DNA of 64,000 bases from an uncultured Lachnospiraceae bacterium (GCA_910585995.1 CAJUGG010000032.1:5627-69626), one strand, 5' to 3'; shown: positions 48,548-60,770, numbered from the stretch's first letter. Program-made: numbers and translations. The notes: a model not told the origin generated them from the letters alone.

Positions 48548-49891
48548 TCAACCGATATTAATGCGTTCCATAGGCTGGCGCACACTGGATTTTTGACGCT
48601 TATCCGTAAATGCCAGCGCGAAAGACAGACTCCCAATCCGCCCACAGTACATCAAAAGGATCAGGATCAACCTGGAGCATACACCCGTCTGCCTAGTGAT
48701 CCCGGTACTCATCCCCACAGTATTTACTGCCGAAAACGTCTCCAAAAGCACATCACTCATAGGAAGATGATCCACCGCACAGATCAGAAAAGAAGCCGTC
48801 ACCGCCATAGTAAGTGTCAACGAAAAGACCACTGCTGCCTTCTCGATCATCCCGTCTTCGAGCCTTCTGCCATAGATATTTACCCCGTCCCTGTGCTGAA
48901 TCATCGACACAATATAACACAAAAGCACCATAATCGTCGTCGTCTTCACACCGCCAGCCGTAGACCCCGGATTGCCTCCAATCAACATCAGCACCAGCGT
49001 CAGAAGCTTCCCCGCATCCTGCATCCCGGCCACATCCGTCGTATTAAACCCTGCCGTCCTGGGCGTAACCGCCGCAAACAAAGACCCCCAGAACTGCCCC
49101 GCCGGCCCAAGTCCTGCCATCACCCCGTCGTGCTCCAGCACCCAGAACAACACCGCCGGCACCACCACGAGCACCACAAGCGCCGTCAGTACCATCTTCG
49201 TATGCAGCGTATATTTCCGAACCTGCCGCCCATTTTTCAGCAGATCACTCCACACCACAAACCCCAGTCCGCCGATCAAAATAAGTCCCATCACCGTCAG
49301 ATTCATAAGCCAGTCATCCGCATAACGCACAAGCGACGAATACTCCTCAAAACGCCCCATCAGATCAAATCCTGCATTACAAAACGCAGAGACTGCATGA
49401 AAAACACTATAATAGATCCCCTCCAAGACCCCATACTCCGGCACAAACCGAATCGCCAGCAACAGCGCTCCCACCCCCTCAATCAGAAGCGTCCCCTTCA
49501 CAATCAACTTTGCCAGCCGCACAATCCCTCCAAGCGCCAGCGTATTCACACTATCTTTTAAAAGACCCCGATCCGACAGACTAATCTTTTTCCCCATCAT
49601 CAAAAGCACCCTGACACCAATCGTCACAAATCCCAGTCCGCCCACCTGAATCATCAAAAGAATCACCACTTGTCCAAACAAACTCCAGTGCTGATATGTA
49701 TCCACCACCACCAGCCCCGTCACACAAGTCGCACTCGTTGCCGTAAAAAGAGCCGATAAAAAATCCGTCCCCCTCATCCCCCGTCCAGCCACCGGCAACA
49801 TCAAAAGAAACGTCCCGCACAAAATAATCAGCAAAAACCCCACCGCAATCCACTGCGTATGCGTCAACCGCCCCCTCAATTTCCCAAACAT
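48548..49891 (-). CDS. ktrB: TrkH/KtrB potassium uptake membrane subunit
   Basis: SATCVTGL, SAFCNAGF, PRTAGF, GSTAGGVK, TVGMSTG. Confidence 0.93.
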   Translation of the reverse strand: MFGKLRGRLTHTQWIAVGFLLIILCGTFLLMLPVAGRGMRGTDFLSALFTATSATCVTGLVVVDTYQHWSLFGQVVILLMIQVGGLGFVTIGVRVLLMMGKKISLSDRGLLKDSVNTLALGGIVRLAKLIVKGTLLIEGVGALLLAIRFVPEYGVLEGIYYSVFHAVSAFCNAGFDLMGRFEEYSSLVRYADDWLMNLTVMGLILIGGLGFVVWSDLLKNGRQVRKYTLHTKMVLTALVVLVVVPAVLFWVLEHDGVMAGLGPAGQFWGSLFAAVTPRTAGFNTTDVAGMQDAGKLLTLVLMLIGGNPGSTAGGVKTTTIMVLLCYIVSMIQHRDGVNIYGRRLEDGMIEKAAVVFSLTLTMAVTASFLICAVDHLPMSDVLLETFSAVNTVGMSTGITRQTGVCSRLILILLMYCGRIGSLSFALAFTDKRQKSSVRQPMERINIG

Positions 49892-50119
49892 CTCTCTTCA
49901 CCACCTAACCACTATACTTCCCCCACATTATAATAAAAATCCCCTATTCTGTAAAGAACTCCCATCTCCCCACCACATCGTCCCCCAAAAAATCAAATAT
50001 TTCCCCCCAACCAACAGGCAAAAAATATTTTTATTCTCCCCCTTCTTATTTGGCAAAAATAGTGTTATGATATTACCCAACAGGCATCAACCCCTGTAAT
50101 AAAATAGAAAAGGATATAT

Positions 50120-51103
50120 ATGGACAAGTTAAATGAAGAAAGAGCTGACCTGGTGAAAAAGGTGGAGAAAGAGAAATCCCATCTCGCCTCCATCCACCGG
50201 GAGATCAAAAAAAGGAAAGATTACATCCGCTCTCTTCATCTGCTGGAAGAAAACCGGTATGACAATATACAAGCCCAAAAACAATACAACGGCCTATTGC
50301 ATATTCTCAAAAAATACCAGGTAGACATGGAACAAGTTCCCGAAGAATTTCGCCGGCAGACCCAGTCCATCCGGGACGCCAGCCGGGGCCTGGAATTTGG
50401 ACAAAAAGGAGAAGAGAAAGCAGCAGAAGCCATCAAGCTTCTGGGCAACAAAGTCCTTTCCCTGCAGAATCTAAGACTCAAATACCAAAAGCTCGATATC
50501 GAGCACGATCTGGTAATCATCGCTCCCACAGGCATCTTTTCTGTGGAAGTAAAAAACAAAAGGCACAACGGCACCATCACCGAAAAAGGAATCTTAAAAA
50601 GCGGTTCCCACTCAGAGAACCTCATTGAGCAGATCAGGCGGCACACCAACTCCCTCAATCAACATCTAGAAGAACTCTATAAAAAGCAGCCGCAGATGAA
50701 GAAAAAACTGACCGTTTATCCGATTATCTTATGGGCAAACAACCATTCCAATGTCAAAGATTGTTTCCATGAAGTACCGGTCTGCTATATCAACCGATTA
50801 GAATATGAGATTTTTAAAAAAGATAAATACAAAGCGAATTTATCCCGCAAAGAGATGGAAGAGATCTGTGCCCGGCTAAAAAAACGCAGACAACAAAATC
50901 GTGTCTATCCGCTCTGTGTAGACAGACAATATCTGGAGACCTTAACACAATGCAGCCTCTTAGATCTGACAAAAGAGGTCGAAGATACTACAAGACGGCT
51001 GCGAATCAACGAATATGATGTGCGGATGCTGGATCAAAGGATTCAAAAAAAAGAAAATGGATTGTTCTCATGGATTGGGAGTTTACGAAAAAGAGCGCAT
51101 TGA
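50120..51103 (+). CDS. NERD (nuclease-related) domain protein with coiled-coil ends
   Basis: GQKGEE...EHDLVIIAPTGIFSVEVKN...QIRRH. Confidence 0.8.
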   Translation: MDKLNEERADLVKKVEKEKSHLASIHREIKKRKDYIRSLHLLEENRYDNIQAQKQYNGLLHILKKYQVDMEQVPEEFRRQTQSIRDASRGLEFGQKGEEKAAEAIKLLGNKVLSLQNLRLKYQKLDIEHDLVIIAPTGIFSVEVKNKRHNGTITEKGILKSGSHSENLIEQIRRHTNSLNQHLEELYKKQPQMKKKLTVYPIILWANNHSNVKDCFHEVPVCYINRLEYEIFKKDKYKANLSRKEMEEICARLKKRRQQNRVYPLCVDRQYLETLTQCSLLDLTKEVEDTTRRLRINEYDVRMLDQRIQKKENGLFSWIGSLRKRAH

Positions 51104-51118
51104 CATGCGCCCTTTTTC
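51088..51118. terminator. Bidirectional terminator
   Basis: AAAAAGAGCGCAT-TGAC-ATGCGCCCTTTTT. Confidence 0.65.
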
Positions 51119-51123
51119 TTTGC

Positions 51124-51474
51124 CTATAATACCCCTTCATTCTGGGCAGCTTTCAGCGCCCGGATCATCACATTTATGGTATTTTTATTATTTTCATTCA
51201 GCTCTTCAAATTCCACGATCAGATCATAATAGTGCTCGATCTTACGATTCACCCTGTTTTCCATCAGAAGATTTCGCTTTTCGTCTGATAAGCCCAGCAG
51301 ATAATCCGTAGTCACTGAGAAAAAGTCCGAGATCTCGATCAGCAATCCAATACACAAAGCTTCTGTATTTCGCTCTACCTTGCTGATGGTCTGTTGGGAC
51401 ACACCTACAAATCCTGCCAACGTCTCCTGGTTCATCCTTCTTTTTTCTCTTAATTCTCTAATCCTGTTTTCCAT
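51124..51474 (-). CDS. XRE-family HTH transcriptional regulator
   Basis: RIRELR...NQETLA..VGVSQQTISKVE...TDYLLG; RBS AAGGAG. Confidence 0.88.
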   Translation of the reverse strand: MENRIRELREKRRMNQETLAGFVGVSQQTISKVERNTEALCIGLLIEISDFFSVTTDYLLGLSDEKRNLLMENRVNRKIEHYYDLIVEFEELNENNKNTINVMIRALKAAQNEGVL

Positions 51475-51620
51475 GCCATACTCCTTTATTTCTTTTATTT
51501 TACTTCCATTTCTACTGGCATCCACTTTTATTTGTAGTATCTATCTACATTAATTGGCAGTATTTTCCAAAAATTTTCTATTTTCTTCTTATTTTTCCCC
51601 GATTCTGCATCCTTTTTCAT

Positions 51621-51649
51621 TTGACATCTTTTTCTCGCTGTGCTAATCT
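51621..51649 (+). promoter_or_regulatory. sigmaA promoter of metG
   Basis: TTGACA-17-TAATCT. Confidence 0.6.
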
Positions 51650-51679
51650 GATAAAAACAGGAAATTAGAGGTTGTAAAA

Positions 51680-53632
51680 ATGGACAGAAAAAAATTTTAT
51701 ATCACAACTGCCATTGCCTATACATCCGGGAAACCACATATCGGCAACACCTATGAGATCATCCTTGCGGACAGCATTGCCCGCTATAAGAGATTCCAAG
51801 GCTATGATGTGTTTTTCCAGACTGGCACCGATGAGCATGGACAAAAGATTGAGCTGAAAGCGGCAGAAGCCAATGTCACCCCCAAGGAATTTGTGGATGA
51901 CGTGGCAGGGCAGATTCGTAAGATCTGGGATCTGATGGACACCTCTTATGATAAATTTATCCGTACGACAGACAAAGATCACGAAGCACAAGTGCAGAAG
52001 ATCTTCAAATATATGTATGACAAAGGCGATATCTACAAAGGATACTACGAGGGTATGTATTGCACACCCTGTGAATCTTTCTTTACCGAATCACAGCTTG
52101 TAGATGGCAAATGCCCCGACTGTGGGCGTGAAGTCCAGCCCGCGAAGGAAGAAGCGTATTTCTTTAAGATGAGTAAGTATGCCGATCGTCTGATCGAACA
52201 TATCAACACTCATCCAGAGTTCATCCAACCTGCCTCCCGCAAGAACGAGATGATGAACAACTTCCTCCTTCCGGGCCTTCAGGACTTATGTGTATCCAGA
52301 ACCTCTTTCAAATGGGGTATCCCTGTGGATTTTGACCCCAAACATGTGGTCTATGTCTGGTTGGATGCACTAACCAACTATATTACTGGCATTGGTTATG
52401 ACTGCAATGGTAACAGCAGCGAACTCTTCAACAAAAACTGGCCCGCAGACTTACATCTGATCGGTAAGGATATCATCCGTTTTCATACCATCTACTGGCC
52501 GATCTTCTTGATGTCTCTGGATCTGCCTCTTCCTAAGCAGGTCTTTGGACACCCGTGGCTTTTAAGAGGTGACGGCAAGATGGGCAAATCCAGAGGAAAT
52601 GTGATCTATGCAGATGATCTGGTGGATTTCTTCGGCGTAGATGCAGTTCGCTACTTTGTGCTCCATGAGATGCCGTTTGAAAATGACGGCGTGATCACTT
52701 GGGAATTGATGGTGGAACGTCTTAACTCTGAGCTTGCCAATACACTGGGCAACTTACTGAACCGCACCATCTCTATGTCCAATATCTATTTTGATGGTAT
52801 TGTTGCCGACCAGCACGCAGCAGAAGAAGTAGATGAAGATCTGAAAAAGACCATCTTGGAGACACTTCCCAAAGTCAATGAGAAGATGGACGAACTACGT
52901 GTGGCAGACGCTCTTACCGAGATCTTTGCCCTCTTTAAGCGCTGCAACAAATACATCGACGAGACGATGCCCTGGGCGCTTGCCAAAGACCCGGCCAAAA
53001 AGGCTCGTCTGTCCACCGTGTTGTACAATCTGGTAGAGGGTATCAGCTACGGAGCACAGCTTTTGGAGCCTTTTATGCCATCCACGGCGAAAAAGATCCT
53101 GTCACAGCTTCACGCCCAGAGCCGCTCTATGGAAGAGATGAACCGTTTTGGCCTTTACGAATCTGGCACCAAAGTGACCAGTTCTCCGACGATTCTCTTT
53201 GCACGTCTCGATGTAAAAGAGATTTTGGAAAAAGTTAATGTAAGAATAGCAGAACAAGAAGCAGCGCAGGCCGCCAAAGAACCCGTGATCGATATCGAAG
53301 CAAAAGCCAATATCTCATTTGACGACTTCAGCAAGCTGCAGTTTCAGGTAGGCGAGATCCTCTCCTGCGAAGCAGTCCCCAAAGCGGACAAGCTGCTCTG
53401 CTCTCAGGTGAAGATCGGAAGCCATGTAAGACAGATCGTCTCCGGCATCCGCAGTTCTTATACACCGGAGGAGATGGTCGGCAAGAAAGTGATGGTCTTA
53501 GTCAACCTAGAACCCAGAAAGATCCGCGGACTGATGTCCGAAGGTATGCTGCTCTGTGCAGAGGATGAACATGGTGTCCTCTCCCTGATGACACCGGACA
53601 AACCGATGACGCCAGGAGCGGAGATTTGTTAA
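51680..53632 (+). CDS. metG: Methionine--tRNA ligase
   Basis: HIGN, GTDEHGQK, zinc knuckle, KMGKS, C-terminal tRNA-binding domain. Confidence 0.97.
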   Translation: MDRKKFYITTAIAYTSGKPHIGNTYEIILADSIARYKRFQGYDVFFQTGTDEHGQKIELKAAEANVTPKEFVDDVAGQIRKIWDLMDTSYDKFIRTTDKDHEAQVQKIFKYMYDKGDIYKGYYEGMYCTPCESFFTESQLVDGKCPDCGREVQPAKEEAYFFKMSKYADRLIEHINTHPEFIQPASRKNEMMNNFLLPGLQDLCVSRTSFKWGIPVDFDPKHVVYVWLDALTNYITGIGYDCNGNSSELFNKNWPADLHLIGKDIIRFHTIYWPIFLMSLDLPLPKQVFGHPWLLRGDGKMGKSRGNVIYADDLVDFFGVDAVRYFVLHEMPFENDGVITWELMVERLNSELANTLGNLLNRTISMSNIYFDGIVADQHAAEEVDEDLKKTILETLPKVNEKMDELRVADALTEIFALFKRCNKYIDETMPWALAKDPAKKARLSTVLYNLVEGISYGAQLLEPFMPSTAKKILSQLHAQSRSMEEMNRFGLYESGTKVTSSPTILFARLDVKEILEKVNVRIAEQEAAQAAKEPVIDIEAKANISFDDFSKLQFQVGEILSCEAVPKADKLLCSQVKIGSHVRQIVSGIRSSYTPEEMVGKKVMVLVNLEPRKIRGLMSEGMLLCAEDEHGVLSLMTPDKPMTPGAEIC

Positions 53633-53649
53633 AAATATAACATCTTTTC

Positions 53650-53690
53650 AGGGCCTAACCCCTATCCGGTCAGGCCCTGTTCTATTTTTT
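53650..53690 (+). terminator. metG terminator
   Basis: CAGGGCCTAACC / GGTCAGGCCCTG followed by T-rich tract. Confidence 0.7.
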
Positions 53691-53752
53691 ATCATTGCGG
53701 CATATAGTTTTCTGACATGATATTGCATAATATTGTCGGAAAGGTGTCTGCC

Positions 53753-55720
53753 ATGTATCGATTTTCTCTTGCCAGGCGTAGTCTGGTGGCTGTATGTTCC
53801 CTGATCTTAGCATTTCCACTGCCCTTTACGGGCTATTCTTTTGACCGGTTTACGATGGAATTATTCCGGCATGAGATCTCCGGCAATACCATAAATCTGC
53901 ACTACACCCTCACAGACCCCAAGTCCTATCAGATCCAGGAACAGGCTCCTTCTCTGGGAAGTTTTGATAAAAATGCCATAGAAGAAGAACTAAAGTATCT
54001 GGAAAAATGCCAGTCCAAGCTTCAGCGCTATCTAAAAGGGCATCTCAGTGAAGACCGCATGCTGACTGCACAGATCCTTAACTGGTGGCTTACCGGAGAG
54101 CTCTTAGCGGAACAGTATTACTACTATCAGGAGCCTTTGGGACCAACCCTGGGCATCCAGGCCCAGCTTCCGGTCTTGCTGGCTGAGTACCCTTTTCGTA
54201 ACCAGGAAGACATCGACACCTATCTGGAGCTTTTGTCTGTGATACCCGTCTATTTTGAAGAGATTGCATTATTTGAAAAAGAAAAATCCGACGCAGGGCT
54301 TTTTATGAAAGACGAAGTCTTAGAGCAGATCCTTGCGCAGTGCCAGTCTCTCTATCCCATAGATCAGACGCATTTTCTCCATACTACTTTTCAAGACCGG
54401 CTAAAAGACTGTGATTTTCTGACTTCAGACCAGCAAATCTCCTATGAAGCAGAGAATCTTCGCAATCTAAACCGCTATGTGGAACCCGCCTATCAGGAAC
54501 TTTGTCAAGTTCTTGACAATCTGCGGGGGACAGGAAAGAACGACTATGGACTCTATCATACTCCGGACGGAATTGGTTATTATGAATACCTGTTAAAATA
54601 TTCTGTGGGTACAGATCTTAGTATGGCACAGATTCATCGCCTGTTGGAGTCCCAGATGGAAGACGATTATGAGACCATCCTTTATGCAATCCATCAGGAT
54701 CATCATGTGTTAGAGTTAGAGGAAGCATCCGCGAAAGAGACGCCTCAGGAGATCCTCTCACATCTTCAGACACAGATTGAAAAAGATTTTCCAAAGTCCC
54801 AGGAGATCTCCTGGCAGATCAAAGAAGTTCCGCAGGCACTGTCTCCATTTTTAAGTCCGGCCTTTTATATGACTCCTGCCATTGATGCGCCCCAGCAAAA
54901 TGTAATCTATATCAATCCGGCCAGAGAACCGAACCAGACTGAGCTTGTCACCACGCTTGCCCACGAAGGATATCCTGGGCATCTCTATCAAAATTCTTTT
55001 GAAAATACTGAGGATTATGCTACTGTCAGAAATCTGTTCTATATCGGCGGTTATACCGAAGGCTGGGGACTCTACAGTGAATTTTACGCCTATGATTTTC
55101 TGGGCTTATCCCAGGAAGAGGGTGCATTTTTAAGAGCTGCCTCTTCTCTGAACTATGCAGTCTGTGCCAGCCTTGATCTGTCCATCCATGGAGAGGGATG
55201 GACAGAAGCAGACTGTATCAGCTATCTGTCCTCTTTTGGCATCACCGACAAAGAGCAGATCCACAAGCTCTATCTGAATATACTAGAAGAACCTTCCAAC
55301 TATCTGAAATATTACTTAGGCTATCTGGAAATATGCAAACTAAAAGAGAGCGCGCTTGCACTCTCTGAAGATGTCACACTCTATGATTTTCACAAATGGT
55401 TTTTAGAGACAGGTCCGGCACCCTTCTCCATCTTACAGAACCAGTTAGGAAATCTTGAAATAACCTCGCAGTTTTCGAAAAGCCTGGATCAGGACATCCA
55501 GCTCTTCGCCTTCGAACCCCTCCATAACGGTCTGGACCATCTGTCGATGGAACCTGGCATGTTTTTCGTAGGCAGCGACTCCTTTGTCTGTCAGCGAGAG
55601 CAGCACCACTCGTTTGTCCTCGGCACTTCTGGTACGGGATACGTACCCTTTTTTTACCAGGTTATTGATGGCTGTAGTCAAAGTCCCCACAGTCACTGCC
55701 ATGGTCTTGGCTACGGCTGA
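53753..55720 (+). CDS. DUF885 family putative metallopeptidase
   Basis: AHEGYPGH, GYTEGWG, YYLGYLEI, GPAPF; last about 90 codons lie antisense to the marR gene. Confidence 0.82.
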   Translation: MYRFSLARRSLVAVCSLILAFPLPFTGYSFDRFTMELFRHEISGNTINLHYTLTDPKSYQIQEQAPSLGSFDKNAIEEELKYLEKCQSKLQRYLKGHLSEDRMLTAQILNWWLTGELLAEQYYYYQEPLGPTLGIQAQLPVLLAEYPFRNQEDIDTYLELLSVIPVYFEEIALFEKEKSDAGLFMKDEVLEQILAQCQSLYPIDQTHFLHTTFQDRLKDCDFLTSDQQISYEAENLRNLNRYVEPAYQELCQVLDNLRGTGKNDYGLYHTPDGIGYYEYLLKYSVGTDLSMAQIHRLLESQMEDDYETILYAIHQDHHVLELEEASAKETPQEILSHLQTQIEKDFPKSQEISWQIKEVPQALSPFLSPAFYMTPAIDAPQQNVIYINPAREPNQTELVTTLAHEGYPGHLYQNSFENTEDYATVRNLFYIGGYTEGWGLYSEFYAYDFLGLSQEEGAFLRAASSLNYAVCASLDLSIHGEGWTEADCISYLSSFGITDKEQIHKLYLNILEEPSNYLKYYLGYLEICKLKESALALSEDVTLYDFHKWFLETGPAPFSILQNQLGNLEITSQFSKSLDQDIQLFAFEPLHNGLDHLSMEPGMFFVGSDSFVCQREQHHSFVLGTSGTGYVPFFYQVIDGCSQSPHSHCHGLGYG

Positions 55721-55879
55721 CATATTCCTGGCTTCCCCAATCCCAATCGCGTCGATGATGTGCATATCATTGATCGATATCTCTTTGAAGCTTCCGCTGA
55801 TCAGTGTCTTATGCTCCATATCCAGCACTTCATTAAATACCATTACCAACAGATCGTTGAGAAGTTCTTCCCTGTCCAA
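55445..55879 (-). CDS. MarR-family regulator (FabT-like)
   Basis: MHIIDAIG, VTVGTLTTAINNLVKKGYV, EDKRVV.LSLT. Confidence 0.88.
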   Translation of the reverse strand: MDREELLNDLLVMVFNEVLDMEHKTLISGSFKEISINDMHIIDAIGIGEARNMSAVAKTMAVTVGTLTTAINNLVKKGYVSRTRSAEDKRVVLLSLTDKGVAAYEKHARFHRQMVQTVMEGFEGEELDVLIQAFRKLRGYFKIS

Positions 55880-55993
55880 ACAACATCACCCCCGCGTATA
55901 TGTTTTCTGCGTTTCAGTATAGCATATTCGCGGGGGGTTCGCAAGGATTTGCATAAGGATCCGGCAAACGCCTGCAAAAGATATGGTCAGGAA

Positions 55994-57889
<1,896 letters not shown>

Positions 57890-57983
57890 TTATTCATGAC
57901 AACAGGTTTGCTTACGAAGCCTGCAATCTATTGTCTTCAAACGGCAGTTCTGTAATCCTCTGCCGCAGAATTTCCATCGTTTT

Positions 57984-59393
57984 TCACTGATGCCACTGGC
58001 AGACACCGCTTGCCTTTCCGCAGATCTTTATCTGCTCCCGTCCTTTTTCCGGATAAAAACGGGTGGTAAATACATCTGTCCCTTCATTTAAAAACACTTC
58101 CACGCAGGATACATCTACCAGAATCCGCATGGATGACAACGACTTAATCTCTCTACCTCTGACACCTCTGCCGCCTCCCAAAGAGGCATCTGTAAACTCC
58201 ATCCAAAAGATTCCTTCCTCCTCCTGATAGCGTAGATGCAGTCCCTCTGCAAGTGTCACCGTAACCTGGCCTTGTACCGCAAGTCTCCATTCGCAACAGG
58301 GTTTTAACTCTCCTTGAAAGCTGCCTGTAAAAGACATCTTCTGATTCCACCACGCATCCAGCTCCTGCACTGGATTCTGACAGAGGATTCCATCTTGGAT
58401 AGACAATTCCCGCGGGATCGTCATGATATGCTGCCAGCCGTCTTCCACCGTCTTGTTCTGATGCTCAGGGACATCCGGCATCCCCATCCATCCAATCTGT
58501 ATCCGGCGTCCGTCGTCTGCCAGAAAAGTCTGCGGCGCATAAAAATCAAAACCGGCATCCAGTTCCCGAAAATCCCCTGTCACTTCTCCTGTCTGCATAT
58601 CTCCGTCTAAGAAAAACGTGCCGCTTTGATATTTGTTGGCATAACACAGTCCCTTCTGCTCCATCCCCTGAGGGGATACAGACAGTACAGTCCGACCGTC
58701 TATTTCATACAGATCCGGGCACTCCCACATATACCCGTAGTCTCCCTCTCTCTCAAATCGGCGGATATAAGTCCATGTCCTTTTATCCTCAGAGGAAAAA
58801 AGAAGCGCCACTCCTCTGTTCTCTTTGGTTCTGGCTCCCTGTACCATATAGTAAATATTCCCCAACTTAAAGACCCTGGGGTCCCGGACATGTTTTGTCA
58901 GATCCTCAGGATAATCTTCATTGGTCATCAAAAGCTCTTTGGTCTGAAAAGTCCTCCCATTTTCGCTGACAGCCAGCACCGTATTGGATTCCCGTCCTGT
59001 CTCAATATAGTCATAGCTCCCCAAAAGCTTCACATTCCCTGTATAATACAGATACATCTGATCCCCTTCCACCAGAGCCGAACCCGAATAAGCACCATGA
59101 CAGTCATAAGGCTGATCCGGATAAAGTGCCGCTCCCTGGTCCTCCCAGTGCAGCAGATCCCTGCTGGTACAATGTCCCCAGAATTTTAATCCACCCTCTG
59201 CCCGAAAAGGTGCAAACTGATAAAATGCATGATAGACTCCCTTGTACTGACACAGACCATTGGGGTCATTCAGCCACCCGGCAGGCGGTGCGATATGCAG
59301 AAAGGGACGATAAGGATCTTCTTTTATTTCCCTCTGCTTCTCTGAGATCTTTTCTTTCAAAAGCTGTTCCCATGCCTGATGCAGTGCATTCAT
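57984..59393 (-). CDS. scrB: Sucrose-6-phosphate hydrolase (GH32)
   Basis: WLNDPNG, RDP, WECPD, FYAPQT. Confidence 0.92.
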   Translation of the reverse strand: MNALHQAWEQLLKEKISEKQREIKEDPYRPFLHIAPPAGWLNDPNGLCQYKGVYHAFYQFAPFRAEGGLKFWGHCTSRDLLHWEDQGAALYPDQPYDCHGAYSGSALVEGDQMYLYYTGNVKLLGSYDYIETGRESNTVLAVSENGRTFQTKELLMTNEDYPEDLTKHVRDPRVFKLGNIYYMVQGARTKENRGVALLFSSEDKRTWTYIRRFEREGDYGYMWECPDLYEIDGRTVLSVSPQGMEQKGLCYANKYQSGTFFLDGDMQTGEVTGDFRELDAGFDFYAPQTFLADDGRRIQIGWMGMPDVPEHQNKTVEDGWQHIMTIPRELSIQDGILCQNPVQELDAWWNQKMSFTGSFQGELKPCCEWRLAVQGQVTVTLAEGLHLRYQEEEGIFWMEFTDASLGGGRGVRGREIKSLSSMRILVDVSCVEVFLNEGTDVFTTRFYPEKGREQIKICGKASGVCQWHQ

Positions 59394-59452
59394 AAGATAC
59401 TCCTTTCTTTGATTTATAATAACAGATTTGCTGGCAAAGCCCGTAATCCATT

Positions 59453-59472
59453 ATGTGAATACGCATTCACAT
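59453..59472. promoter_or_regulatory. LacI-family operator upstream of scrB
   Basis: ATGTGAATACGCATTCACAT palindrome with one mismatch. Confidence 0.8.
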
Positions 59473-59524
59473 TTTCCCTGATAAAAGGATGCCTAGTCTG
59501 ACTGGTATCCTTCTTATCTACTGT

Positions 59525-60505
59525 CTATATTGATGAACTTTCCCGAATCACTAACTGTGCCTGCAATGGATAATCTTGTACCTCCCTGTCCTTGGAGTAA
59601 TCGATCTTATACAACAGCCGCTGCATGGCCCGCGTCGCCATCTCTTCATTGGGCTGCGAGACACTCGAAAGGCGGGGATATAAAAATTCACACATATACG
59701 TATTATCAAATCCCACAAGCCCTGCTTCTTCGGGGATCTGAATCCCCATCCGCTTCAGATGTCCCATCATCTGTACTGCACGTCTGTCGTTGTAGGCAAA
59801 TATTCCAATTCTCTCTCTTTTCTTACTAAAATAATCCTCCAGTGCAGCCCGCACTTCCTTCTCAACCTTGGTAGAAATCACGGTGATATGCTCTGAAAAC
59901 TGCGGATCTCTTTTTGATAATTCTTCTGCAAAGCCTTTATATTTTGCATCGGCCGTATGACCAAAAAAGATATATTCCCGATAGCCTTCTTCCCACAGAT
60001 GCCGGCCCACCTGCGCGCCTGCCTCCTGGTGAGAGACATAGACACAATCCATCCCCAGCGCCTGTCGGGTCATCACCATAACCGGAATATCCAGCCGGTC
60101 AATCAAGTCCCGAAAGTCCTTGTCATCCGCATCCACCGGAACGACGATCAATCCGTCTACCTGGTATCTCTGTAGCACACTAAGGCTCTGTGTCTCCTGT
60201 TCCGGATCATAATTGGAATTAAACAAGATCAGGCTGTAGCCTTTTTTACGTGCTTCCTGTTCCAGATATTTCACCAGATCTGCAAAAAAAGAATTGGAAA
60301 TATCTGTCAGCACCACTCCAATCAGATGCGTCTTACTGCCCACCAGACTCTGTGCAATGATATTAGGCTGAAAATCATGTTCCTTCGCACACGCCAGCAC
60401 CCGTTCCCGAATCTGGGGATTCACCACCTGATTGCCATTTAATACCCGCGAAACCGTCGGCTGCGAGACTCCTGTCAGTCTCGCGATCTCTGTCATTGTA
60501 ATCAT
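59525..60505 (-). CDS. scrR: LacI-family regulator of the sucrose operon
   Basis: TMTEIARLTGVSQPTVSRVLN, GFDN, LSSVSQP; RBS GGAGG before ATG 60505. Confidence 0.88.
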   Translation of the reverse strand: MITMTEIARLTGVSQPTVSRVLNGNQVVNPQIRERVLACAKEHDFQPNIIAQSLVGSKTHLIGVVLTDISNSFFADLVKYLEQEARKKGYSLILFNSNYDPEQETQSLSVLQRYQVDGLIVVPVDADDKDFRDLIDRLDIPVMVMTRQALGMDCVYVSHQEAGAQVGRHLWEEGYREYIFFGHTADAKYKGFAEELSKRDPQFSEHITVISTKVEKEVRAALEDYFSKKRERIGIFAYNDRRAVQMMGHLKRMGIQIPEEAGLVGFDNTYMCEFLYPRLSSVSQPNEEMATRAMQRLLYKIDYSKDREVQDYPLQAQLVIRESSSI

Positions 60506-60516
60506 AATTTCCTCCG

Positions 60517-60538
60517 GTTGTGAATACGTATTCACAAC
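60517..60538. promoter_or_regulatory. LacI-family operator (autoregulation)
   Basis: Perfect 22-bp palindrome GTTGTGAATACGTATTCACAAC. Confidence 0.85.
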
Positions 60539-60703
60539 TTTTCTATATCTTAACGCGCCAGCACCCCTACGTCAATTAGCACTAATTCCTAATTTTTCTT
60601 CTCCATTTTTATGCACATTTGCTAAAATCCCTGACTCCCTAAACGTATCGAAACCTAGACAGCCTGGATCAATAACATCACATCGTCCAAACGGAAAGGA
60701 AAC

Positions 60704-60756
60704 TTGACATCCTCCTCTTTCTGTGTTATGCTCAAAATGTAAAGCAAACTTTCCAC
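60704..60756 (+). promoter_or_regulatory. sigmaA promoter and probable XRE operator
   Basis: TTGACA-17-TATGCT; AAAGnAAACTT occurs at the -35 and again just after the -10. Confidence 0.55.
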
Positions 60757-60770
60757 CAAGGAGGTGCCAT

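Noticed and set aside
48524..49561. 345-aa plus-strand ORF
   Set aside because: Antisense to ktrB in a skewed patch, no recognisable motifs.
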